Positions 25,740-33,133 of a DNA stretch of 36,092 bases are shown here, one piece after another (position 1 is the first letter of the stretch; every line of letters begins with the position of its first letter). The stretch is from assembly GCA_016210705.1 (NCBI GenBank), contig JACQTR010000183.1, positions 1 through 36,092 on the forward strand, in the 5' to 3' direction. The notes beneath the pieces are model-generated. The model was given only the letters and a program-made list of their open reading frames with translations. It did not search any database and was not told the origin of the DNA. Source of the DNA: Chloroflexota bacterium. GTDB taxonomy: Bacteria > Chloroflexota > Dehalococcoidia > JACQTR01. A program made the translations under genes and the position numbers.

Positions 25740-26686
25740 GCCCAGCTTTTTCCCCTGACAATGGCAGAAATCTCGCCCAAGCCATAGCTCACGTAAAAGG
25801 CCACGGTCAATAAGGAGACCAGAGACAACGACGACGCCTTTCTCTCTCTCAGGCTCACATAGGCCCCGTTTGCCAGGCCCATCGACAGGGGGATCAAAAT
25901 CAGCGGTGGTAAAAAAGTCATGATACAAAGGAACAACGGCCCCAGGTGGCGAAACCCCAGATATTTCCGAAACTTCCTCCCCACCCTAATCCTGGCGGCG
26001 CCGTGCCTATACATACGCTTTAGAAAAGAGGTAAAGGTAGAGGGATGTCCATGAAGAACAGTAATCTCAGGCAGATAATAAAGTTTGTATCCTTGGCGAT
26101 TAAGCTTGGCGTCCAACTCTAGGTCCTCTCCCCCATAACCATGCTCCTCTTGAAAGCCACCTACCTCATTAATGGCCCACCGAAAATAAGCCGAATTCAC
26201 TGGAGGATTATGTATTACCTCCTGCTCGACTCCATATGTGGCCAGGTTCCGCGCTTTAAAGGAAACGAGGGGAGACCTCATGGTTTTGGCTATGGCCATC
26301 TCCATAAAGGAGGGATCTTCCAACAGAGGGGCGTTCCCACCCCCTACCCCCACCGCCTGACTTTCCCTTTCATTCAGCCTCAAAAGGCCTTCTGTCAGGC
26401 AGTCGATCCAATTCTGTGGCACCAAGCAGTCGCTATCGGTGAAGCAAACGATGTCACCATCGGCGTTGGCCACGCCTAGATTCCTGTTTATACGAGGAGG
26501 CTTTGTCTCCACGATAAAGACTTTGTCAGCGTACTTCCTGGCTATTTCTACGCTGCCATCGCTGCTGCCAGCATCAACCACAATGATTTCATAGGCATAT
26601 TGGGTGTCATTGCTCTTTATGGAAGCTAGGCATTTCTCCAAAGTGCTCGCACTATTAAAGGTGGGAACTACTACGGAAACTTTCAA
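25736..26686 (-). CDS. Family 2 glycosyltransferase with C-terminal TM segments
   Basis: VVVPTFNSASTLEKCL...IIVVDAGSSDGS and the DxD-like TDSDC. Hydrophobic C-terminus. TTG start. Confidence 0.85.
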   Translation of the reverse strand: MKVSVVVPTFNSASTLEKCLASIKSNDTQYAYEIIVVDAGSSDGSVEIARKYADKVFIVETKPPRINRNLGVANADGDIVCFTDSDCLVPQNWIDCLTEGLLRLNERESQAVGVGGGNAPLLEDPSFMEMAIAKTMRSPLVSFKARNLATYGVEQEVIHNPPVNSAYFRWAINEVGGFQEEHGYGGEDLELDAKLNRQGYKLYYLPEITVLHGHPSTFTSFLKRMYRHGAARIRVGRKFRKYLGFRHLGPLFLCIMTFLPPLILIPLSMGLANGAYVSLRERKASSLSLVSLLTVAFYVSYGLGEISAIVRGKSWA

Positions 26687-26701
26687 ATGAACCCCCTAGC
26701 C

Positions 26702-27391
26702 TCAACGCCAGATTCTCTTTTTAGTTATATGTAAAAGGTCCGTAAAGCCGACCTTCCAACCACTGGACTGTTTGGTGCTACCAATACGGTTTCGATATTG
26801 AATAGGCACCTCCCGCCAGCGACACTTGTTAAAATAGCAGACTTCTAGTTTGATTTCATGGGAAAAAGGCCATGAATTGGAAGCAGTTCTCGCTTTCCCC
26901 AAGACCTCTTTTCGGAAAACCCACATGCCCGATTCAGGATCTCTCATCTTCAGCCCAAAGAGCGACCTGGTAGCCAAGGACAAAATGGCATTCCCCACCC
27001 AGTTGCGGAATGACATAGCGTCTTCCTCCATGAAGGCAAAGCGATTGGTCGTCAAGAAATCTAGACCTTCATCCTCCAAGATAGCTACGAGCCTGGGAAT
27101 TTCCTCCACTGGATAAGTGGCGTCCGCATCGGCAGTGCAGAGAATGCCGCCCATGGCCTGGCTGAAACCAGTTTTAAGGGCCCAGCCATAGCCTCGCCTA
27201 GGTTCGTAAACTACATCCGCGCCAGCTTGTCTAGCCACCTCCGCGGTGCCATCCTCCGACCCATTATCAACTACCAATATCTGAACCTGGTAACCGTTTT
27301 TCTCCAGCTCTCCCCGCTGTATAGCTTGGATGGTCGCGCCTAATCCCGCTTCCTCATTCAAAGCGGGCACAACAATGCTAACCGTTTTCAT
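26702..27391 (-). CDS. Family 2 glycosyltransferase, polyprenyl/dolichyl-phosphate sugar synthase-like (DPM1/GtrB/ArnC type)
   Basis: SIVVPALNEE...ILVVDNGSEDGT...ADADATYP...DPESGMWVFRKEVL is the pattern of polyprenol-phosphate glycosyltransferases. ATG 27391 (MKTVSIVV) with GGTGGA upstream is preferred over ATG 27406. Confidence 0.75.
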   Translation of the reverse strand: MKTVSIVVPALNEEAGLGATIQAIQRGELEKNGYQVQILVVDNGSEDGTAEVARQAGADVVYEPRRGYGWALKTGFSQAMGGILCTADADATYPVEEIPRLVAILEDEGLDFLTTNRFAFMEEDAMSFRNWVGNAILSLATRSLFGLKMRDPESGMWVFRKEVLGKARTASNSWPFSHEIKLEVCYFNKCRWREVPIQYRNRIGSTKQSSGWKVGFTDLLHITKKRIWR

Positions 27392-28691
27392 ATTCCACCG
27401 TTTCATAAGAGGCCATTTGTTCAGCCTTGTCCACTACCCATTGGGCCGCCTCCAAGAGGCTGGAGGCCACATGATCGGCTACGTGGGGATGGCTATTATT
27501 ACCAACTCCTGGGCCAGTGGTTGCTAAGATCGTTTGGCAGCCCAGCCTCTGGCCGGCCTCGACGTCCATATCGCTATCCCCTATTACATAGGAGGCGGAC
27601 AGATTTAGGCCCAGCTCCTGGGCAGCTTGGCGGAAGAGGGCAGTCCCCGGCTTTCTGCAACCGCAACCCTGGTCAGGGTGATGAGGACAATGATAAATGG
27701 CATCCACCCACGCACCATGTTGAGCAAGCTCGGTTTGCATCTTGTGATGCATCTCAGCCAGGATTGCCTCGGTAAAATAGCCTCTGGCTATCCCGGACTG
27801 GTTGGTGACAACCACCACTCGAAAGCCTCTTTCATTAAACAACCGTATGGCTTGGGGTACCGTTGGCAGAAGCTCAAAGTCCTCTACCCTACGGCAATAG
27901 GGAACGTCCCTGGCGATGGTGCCGTCCCTATCCAGAAATACCGCTCCTTTGGCGAACTTCAACCTTCCTGTCTCCACATCCCGGTTAGCCTGACGATAAG
28001 TCTCAGGGGTGCCAATATCAATAAGGTAATCCTTATGATCCAAGGCGTAGCCATAGATAGGCAAGCCCATCTCTATTAACCGGGGGAACACATCATAGGC
28101 AAAATCGCAGAAGCCCTGGCCTGGTATGTGGCCGAGGACTTCTCTTTCTAAGATGTAAATGCCCCCATTGGCCAATTTTCCCAGCTGATTCTTTTCTGAC
28201 GGCTTCTCCACAAATTGGCTAATCCTACCTACCTGATCCATCTGGACTATACCCACCCCCTCACCGAGGCCTGCCACTAACACCAATGTGGCCGCCGAAC
28301 GCTTTTCGCGATGAAAGCGGATCATAGCTGACAGGTCAAATTCAGTAAAGACATCTCCATAGACGATGACAAAGGTGCCATCGAAGAATCTATCTATTCT
28401 TTTTACCCCACCGGCGGTGCCAAGAAGAACCTCCTCCGGCGAGTAAGATATCCTCAACCCCCAGCGGGAGCCATCCTGGAGGAGTTCCCTTATTTTCTCC
28501 CCGTGGCGGCCAAGGTTTATAGCCAACTGAGAAATGCCATAGCTCTTGAGCCAGTTCAGAGTATGGAGAATCATAGGAATACCCCCTATGGGCAGAAGCA
28601 CTTTTGGAGCATTCAAGGTAAGGGGCCAGAGCCTAGTCCCTTCCCCCGCCGCTAAGACCATAGCCTTTTTAACGTCGCTAGCTATAGCCAT
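27378..28691 (-). CDS. Bifunctional sugar-1-phosphate nucleotidyltransferase (HddC-like) / D,D-heptose-1,7-bisphosphate phosphatase (GmhB)
   Basis: N-terminal VLAAGEGTRLWPLT nucleotidyltransferase motif. C-terminal HAD motif FLDRDGT plus the GmhB-type zinc site CPHHPDQGCGCRKP. Start candidates are 28748, 28691 (GGGAG 7 nt upstream) and 28661. Confidence 0.8.
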   Translation of the reverse strand: MAIASDVKKAMVLAAGEGTRLWPLTLNAPKVLLPIGGIPMILHTLNWLKSYGISQLAINLGRHGEKIRELLQDGSRWGLRISYSPEEVLLGTAGGVKRIDRFFDGTFVIVYGDVFTEFDLSAMIRFHREKRSAATLVLVAGLGEGVGIVQMDQVGRISQFVEKPSEKNQLGKLANGGIYILEREVLGHIPGQGFCDFAYDVFPRLIEMGLPIYGYALDHKDYLIDIGTPETYRQANRDVETGRLKFAKGAVFLDRDGTIARDVPYCRRVEDFELLPTVPQAIRLFNERGFRVVVVTNQSGIARGYFTEAILAEMHHKMQTELAQHGAWVDAIYHCPHHPDQGCGCRKPGTALFRQAAQELGLNLSASYVIGDSDMDVEAGQRLGCQTILATTGPGVGNNSHPHVADHVASSLLEAAQWVVDKAEQMASYETVEYENG

Positions 28692-29655
28692 TGGGTCGCT
28701 CCCGCATCCAACGCCAAGAGCTCTCAACGATATCTTCCAACTCGGCATGTTCGGGCGTCCAGCCCAATTCTTCTTTGGCCAAACTGGAATCGGCCACCAG
28801 AACCGCCGGATCTCCAGAGCGCCGAGGGGAGGTTTGGCAGGGGATGTCGCGACTCGTAACCCTCCTGGCGGCTTGAACTACCTCGAGTACCGAGTAGCCC
28901 TCTCCGTTCCCCAGATTGTATGCTTTGCCTCCCAAGGTCTCCAGTTTTCCCAAGGCCAGGACATGCGCCCTGGCGATATCCACCACATGGATGTAGTCCC
29001 GGATACAACTCCCATCTCTGGTGGGGTAGTCGGTGCCGAAGATAGCCACGGGTCTATTTATGTCCAGGGCCGCCTTGAGGACGTTGGGGATGAGATGAGT
29101 TTCCGGGCGATGGTCCTCGCCTAAGTTCTGGCTGGCACCAGCCGCATTGAAATAGCGGAGAGAAATGTGTTTGACACCGTAGGCTCTCCCGTACCATTCC
29201 AAGACGCGTTCGAACATAAGCTTGGACTCTCCATAGGAATTGATAGGGGCTTTGGGATGGCCCTCCGAGATAGGCACGCTTTCGGGTTCCCCATATATTG
29301 CAGCGCTAGAAGAGAAAATAAATTCATAGACTCGGTGTCGGAGCATGGCATCTAATAGATTGATGCCGCCTAGGACATTAGTATGGAAATATCTTTTAGG
29401 ATCGGTTACGGAAAACTCCACTACTGTCTCTGCTGCGAAGTGCATCACAGCGCTAATGCTATAGCTCTGAAAAACTTCGTCTATGGACGCAGCATCACAT
29501 GTATCAGCGGCAACGAACTGAGCCCTAGGAAGCACCGCCTGTCTATGGCCCTGACAGAGATTGTCCAAAATCACAACTTCGTAGTCCCGTTTAAGCAGTT
29601 CTTCAGCTACAATGCTACCTATATAGCCAGCGCCGCCGGTGACGAGTATGCTCAT
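28678..29655 (-). CDS. galE: UDP-glucose 4-epimerase family (GalE-like extended SDR)
   Basis: MSILVTGGAGYIGS, catalytic YGESK, and typical GalE blocks (RYFNAAGA, RDYIHVVD). The start at 29655 forms ATGA with the gmhA stop. Confidence 0.8.
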   Translation of the reverse strand: MSILVTGGAGYIGSIVAEELLKRDYEVVILDNLCQGHRQAVLPRAQFVAADTCDAASIDEVFQSYSISAVMHFAAETVVEFSVTDPKRYFHTNVLGGINLLDAMLRHRVYEFIFSSSAAIYGEPESVPISEGHPKAPINSYGESKLMFERVLEWYGRAYGVKHISLRYFNAAGASQNLGEDHRPETHLIPNVLKAALDINRPVAIFGTDYPTRDGSCIRDYIHVVDIARAHVLALGKLETLGGKAYNLGNGEGYSVLEVVQAARRVTSRDIPCQTSPRRSGDPAVLVADSSLAKEELGWTPEHAELEDIVESSWRWMRERPNGYS

Positions 29656-30323
29656 CCTAGGTCCGGCGTCAGGGGTATATTTCTCAAGCAAGTAGCGATG
29701 AGGTGGCACAGAAGGAGATGTAAGTCCTCAATTTGCTCCATACAGTCGCAGGAGGCCAGGACACAAATGTCCACATAGTTTTTTAGCTGGCCGCCATCGT
29801 AGCCGGTAAAACCAATGGTGGTGGCTCCCAATGCCCTTGCCTTATCAACAGCGTTAAGCACGTTACGAGAGTTGCCGCTGCCGCTTATAGCAACCAATAC
29901 ATCTCCGGCTTTTACCCAAGGGCCCATGCGCCGGATGAAGATCTCATCAAAGGACACATCGTTAGCCCAGGCAGTGAGCAAGGAAACATTGTCGCACAAA
30001 GCCTCGGCCCTAATGGGAGGCTTGCCAAGGGCCATAGCTCCTTTGCTCAGGTCTGAAGCAAAGTGGATAGCAGTAGCCGCCGAACCGCCATTGCCGCAGG
30101 TAAACACCTGTTGACCTTGCCAGCGAGCTTCTTCCAGGCGCCAAATAACCTGTTCCACAGCCTCAACGGGCACGCTCTGTAGAACCCGCCGAACCTGGGC
30201 CAAGTAGGTGGTTATTGCCCCAAACACATAGTCGCTCTCCTCCCTCTGGGAAGGGATTACTTCTGGCATCCACAAAGGAAACACGCTTTGAGGCTTCTGC
30301 GGCTTAGTGTAAAACCTTTTCAT
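29652..30323 (-). CDS. gmhA: D-sedoheptulose-7-phosphate isomerase (SIS domain)
   Basis: CGNGGSAATAIHFASDL and AISGSGNSRNV SIS motifs. ATGA overlap with the upstream kinase gene. Confidence 0.85.
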   Translation of the reverse strand: MKRFYTKPQKPQSVFPLWMPEVIPSQREESDYVFGAITTYLAQVRRVLQSVPVEAVEQVIWRLEEARWQGQQVFTCGNGGSAATAIHFASDLSKGAMALGKPPIRAEALCDNVSLLTAWANDVSFDEIFIRRMGPWVKAGDVLVAISGSGNSRNVLNAVDKARALGATTIGFTGYDGGQLKNYVDICVLASCDCMEQIEDLHLLLCHLIATCLRNIPLTPDLG

Positions 30324-31300
30324 GAATATCTCCGGTAGTTGAAGATTACTTTACTGCCATCGCCCTCAAAACCGAAAGGTAGTTCTCGCAATCCCTTCAG
30401 CGCCCGGCGCACATCCTCTTTCCTTTCCAACAGGCAGCAAACCAAAAAGAATCCTCCTCCACCTGCCCCCGTAACCTTGCCGCCCAGGGCACCAGCCTTT
30501 CGGGCTTGTTGATACATTTCTTCAATGGCAGGGTTGCTTATGCCGCTGGCAAGTTCCTTCTTAAGCTCCCAATTGCGATGGAGGAGATAACCAAGCTCTT
30601 CCACCGCGCCCTCCGCCAGTGCTCGCTTTCCCTCATAGGCAAGCCTTGCCATCTCTTTAAGGGCCTCAATGTTGCTGCCGATGTTGGCTCTCTGCTCAAA
30701 CAATATACTATCGGCACTCCTAGTCACGCCGGTGTAAAAAAGTAGCAATGATTCGCCTAGTAATCTCTTTTTCTTGGGTTCTAGCTCAACATTCTGAATT
30801 TCGATGCCATCATTATGGAACTTGAAAAGGCGCATATTTCCGTAGGCGGCAATATACTGGTCTTGCCTGCCTATTGGTTTACGCAGTAGCTCCACCTCTA
30901 TACGGCAGGCTTCTTGGGCCAGGGCCTCTGCGGTCTTAAACTCACCCTGATAAGCATACAAAGCGTTAAGGAGTCCCACAGTAATGCTGCTAGAGGAGCC
31001 TAGCCCCGTTCCCTCTGATGGGATATCTGCCAAGGTGGTGATCTCCACCCCTTTCTCAACTCCCGTTAGCCTCATGGCTTCTCTAACCAAGTCATGTTTT
31101 AGTCCATCTACGACCTTTACCACTTCTCTCTTTGAATAGTTTACGCATATCAGCTCGTCGAACCTTTCCTTGACGATCACATAAACGTACTTATCTATAG
31201 CGGAACTTAAAACCGCCCCGCCGTGATTCACATAGAAATCCTCAAAGTCCGTGCCTCCACCCAACAAGCTAACCCGTAATGGCGTCTGAACTACAATCAC
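30320..31300 (-). CDS. hddA: GHMP-family sugar kinase, D-glycero-alpha-D-manno-heptose-7-phosphate kinase-like
   Basis: GHMP motif IPSEGTGLGSSSS and C-terminal GGKVTGAGGGGF. Its context with gmhA, gmhB and a nucleotidyltransferase supports the call. GTG start. Confidence 0.8.
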   Translation of the reverse strand: MIVVQTPLRVSLLGGGTDFEDFYVNHGGAVLSSAIDKYVYVIVKERFDELICVNYSKREVVKVVDGLKHDLVREAMRLTGVEKGVEITTLADIPSEGTGLGSSSSITVGLLNALYAYQGEFKTAEALAQEACRIEVELLRKPIGRQDQYIAAYGNMRLFKFHNDGIEIQNVELEPKKKRLLGESLLLFYTGVTRSADSILFEQRANIGSNIEALKEMARLAYEGKRALAEGAVEELGYLLHRNWELKKELASGISNPAIEEMYQQARKAGALGGKVTGAGGGGFFLVCCLLERKEDVRRALKGLRELPFGFEGDGSKVIFNYRRYS

Positions 31301-31330
31301 TTTGCCCTTCCCCAGCCCTGGATTATTAGC

Positions 31331-32572
31331 CTAGCTATCATCCCGCTCACCCCTACTGCTCAAAGCCGATAACAGATTTACCGCCCAACGGGAGGGGAAG
31401 CGAAGGGGTACATGCAAGAACAGCCGAAGCACCGGTGACGCCTTGACCAACTGCTCCATAAGGCGGGATGGAAAATCAATGTCGCCAAACAAGGAGATTC
31501 TCTTTTGGAAGAACGGTGCGCTGAAAAGGCCCAGGAGTTCGTCGATCTCCTCATCCTTCAAGCTAAGGAAGGCCCTCCTTAAATCGATCCCCCTTTCTAG
31601 TTCAGCCCCCAAGTCGGCTTTCCAAGCTATTTCGTATCGGGAAAGAAAGGATTCGGAGAGATCTTCCTTCTCCAGAGCCTCCACCGCCACCCCAGCACAA
31701 TGTCTAGCGGACACCAAGCCCGTGTAAATCCCCCCACCGGAGGTGGGCTTCACTTGGCGAGCGGCGTCCCCCACTAGGAGCACATTGTCGCCATAAGTTT
31801 TCACTGGAGAATAAATGGGGATGGCTTTGGCCCAAAGACGGTCAATCTTAATCCCTTTAAACTGGTTGGGGAAGGCGGCCACCATATTGTTGAACAATTG
31901 CCTAGGGGCAGCGAGAGAGTGGTTGCCGTCCCCTGTTCCAATCCTCACCCGCCCATCCCCTAGGGGTATGATCCAGCCAAACCAGCCGGGAGCTACCGAG
32001 CTACCCACCAAAACTCGGGCAGTGTTTAGCTCGCCGCCATCGAGCCATCCTTCAGCAGCCATGGCCCTAACTACGCCATCGGAGTTGCCCACCCCCAACC
32101 ACCGCGCCACCATGGAGCCGACACCATCAGCTCCAATCAACATTCTGGTGGTTACACTACTGGCCCTTCCGTTGCCGTTGATGGACAGCTTCAGCCCTTT
32201 GCCCTCCCGCTCGATGTTAACCAGCAGGCTATCCAAAAGGAGCTTAGCTCCAGCTCCCTGAGCCTGCTCAGCCAACTTCATATCCAGGGCCGCCCGGTCA
32301 ATGGCCAGGGCGTACACTTTATCCCCACCCGCGTATAGCTGCCTACCCGATGCCGAATGGACCAAGACTCCTTTGATTTCGTTAAGAACTAGGCCGTCAG
32401 AGATCCTGGCCTCTTGTAGAGTTCTAGGAGAAACTAACCCGGAGCAAAATAAGGGCTGACCCACGGATGGACGCTTTTCAATGAGGAGAACTTCAAAGCC
32501 AGCCCGGGCAATATCCCTGGCAGTAGTTGAACCTGCCGGACCGGCCCCGGCTACGACGACATCGTAGTCCAC
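31331..32572 (-). CDS. Geranylgeranyl-reductase-family FAD-dependent oxidoreductase
   Basis: DYDVVVAGAGPAGSTTARDIARAGFEVLLIEKRP dinucleotide fold and LLVGDAA. The ORF track opens at TTG 32608, but that codon lies inside the -35 box of the promoter candidate. GTG 32572 sits 8 nt after the -10 box, making the mRNA leaderless or nearly so. Confidence 0.8.
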   Translation of the reverse strand: MDYDVVVAGAGPAGSTTARDIARAGFEVLLIEKRPSVGQPLFCSGLVSPRTLQEARISDGLVLNEIKGVLVHSASGRQLYAGGDKVYALAIDRAALDMKLAEQAQGAGAKLLLDSLLVNIEREGKGLKLSINGNGRASSVTTRMLIGADGVGSMVARWLGVGNSDGVVRAMAAEGWLDGGELNTARVLVGSSVAPGWFGWIIPLGDGRVRIGTGDGNHSLAAPRQLFNNMVAAFPNQFKGIKIDRLWAKAIPIYSPVKTYGDNVLLVGDAARQVKPTSGGGIYTGLVSARHCAGVAVEALEKEDLSESFLSRYEIAWKADLGAELERGIDLRRAFLSLKDEEIDELLGLFSAPFFQKRISLFGDIDFPSRLMEQLVKASPVLRLFLHVPLRFPSRWAVNLLSALSSRGERDDS

Positions 32573-32580
32573 TGCCAGCG

Positions 32581-32608
32581 ATTTTAACACCTTTTCAATA
32601 AATTGCAA
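32581..32608 (-). promoter_or_regulatory. sigma70-type promoter candidate, TTGCAA - 16 nt - TGtTAAAAT (extended -10), for the long minus-strand operon
   Basis: On the minus strand, -35 is at 32608..32603 and -10 TAAAAT at 32586..32581. Over 36 nt (32579..32614) it matches 1121..1156 at 29 positions. Confidence 0.45.
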
Positions 32609-32688
32609 ATGCTTTTAACCTTCTACGGAACATTAATAGCTTCCTAACTGACCCCAACCTCGGACATCATAAAGGCATAATGAGCTTA

Positions 32689-32720
32689 TTGAAATAGCCA
32701 ATATTGGCTGCCCCTAAATG
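32689..32720 (-). promoter_or_regulatory. Conserved box, right copy, containing the perfect 14-bp palindrome AGCCAATATTGGCT (32696..32709); candidate operator between divergent promoters
   Basis: Its reverse complement, CATTTAGGGGCAGCCAATATTGGCTATTTCAA, matches 1011..1041. The box lies 15 nt from the -35 box of the small-protein promoter and about 90 bp upstream of the GGR promoter. Confidence 0.5.
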
Positions 32721-32735
32721 GGGAGATAAGAAACC

Positions 32736-32764
32736 TTGACAAGGAACTGAGGGTGTGCTAGATT
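32736..32764 (+). promoter_or_regulatory. sigma70-type promoter candidate, TTGACA - 17 nt - TGcTAGATT (extended -10)
   Basis: Consensus -35 at 32736..32741, optimal 17-nt spacer, -10 TAGATT at 32759..32764, and TG at 32756..32757. Confidence 0.55.
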
Positions 32765-32822
32765 CAGCGGTGAGATGTCACAGTCCGTGCGAAGGTGTGG
32801 ATAAGAAGGAGGACTGATTAAA

Positions 32823-33071
32823 ATGGTTTCAACTGTAACCACTACCGTTGTCACCGTAATTAGTACGGTATCCAGCATATCTGTGGTGGCCTCTCTAGGA
32901 CTAGCGGCGGTGCTAACCCTGATCGCCTCTTTGGTGACCAAGGAACTAGCTAGCGCTGGCGGTGGTGTTAGGTTAAGATTGCTAAGCCGCAATCTTAACG
33001 TTTCGGTCTTTCCTTTGTTCTTCGTTTTCTTATTTATCGTTATCCTAAGAGCGCTAGCAGTTCTAGCCTAA
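32823..33071 (+). CDS. 82-aa small membrane protein with a Ser/Thr/Val-rich N-terminus and two hydrophobic segments
   Basis: AAGGAGG at 32806..32812, ATG at 32823, a promoter upstream and a hairpin terminator downstream. 20 of the first 24 residues are S, T or V. I recognise no family. Confidence 0.6.
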   Translation: MVSTVTTTVVTVISTVSSISVVASLGLAAVLTLIASLVTKELASAGGGVRLRLLSRNLNVSVFPLFFVFLFIVILRALAVLA

Positions 33072-33093
33072 AACGCAAGCAGAGTCACAACAA

Positions 33094-33127
33094 GCATCAT
33101 GGCATAAGGCCACCTTTCGGTGGCCTT
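33094..33127. terminator. Intrinsic terminator hairpin between convergent genes
   Basis: Perfect 11-bp stem ATAAGGCCACC / GGTGGCCTTAT with a TTTC loop (33094..33119), followed by a T-rich tract on the + strand. It probably also stops the minus-strand CPBP operon, where the U-tract is weaker. Confidence 0.7.
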
Positions 33128-33133
33128 ATTTAT

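Noticed and set aside
25740-25928. A 63-codon N-terminal extension of the B12-radical SAM ORF (the ORF track starts at 25928).
   Set aside because: It lies wholly inside the C-terminus of the upstream GT2 gene. The internal start MKVYVLNPPY at 25739 matches the family's N-terminus and forms an ATGA overlap with the GT2 stop.
28546-29124. A 192-aa plus-strand ORF, with other antisense ORFs nearby (27627..28079, 29383..29778).
   Set aside because: They are antisense to the strongly motif-supported HddC-GmhB and GalE genes and have no motifs of their own.
1011-32720. Reading the flanking inverted repeats as terminal inverted repeats of a 31.7-kb mobile element or invertible segment.
   Set aside because: The window has no transposase, integrase, invertase or visible target-site duplication. 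The homology continues collinearly into a promoter and a coding N-terminus, which fits a duplicated gene start better than transposon ends. Recombination-mediated inversion remains possible but unsupported.
32714-32992. A 92-aa minus-strand ORF antisense to the 82-aa small-protein gene.
   Set aside because: It has no promoter or SD, and it runs across the palindrome/operator region. The + strand ORF has a promoter, an SD and a terminator. The antisense ORF is a by-product of low-complexity codons on the other strand.
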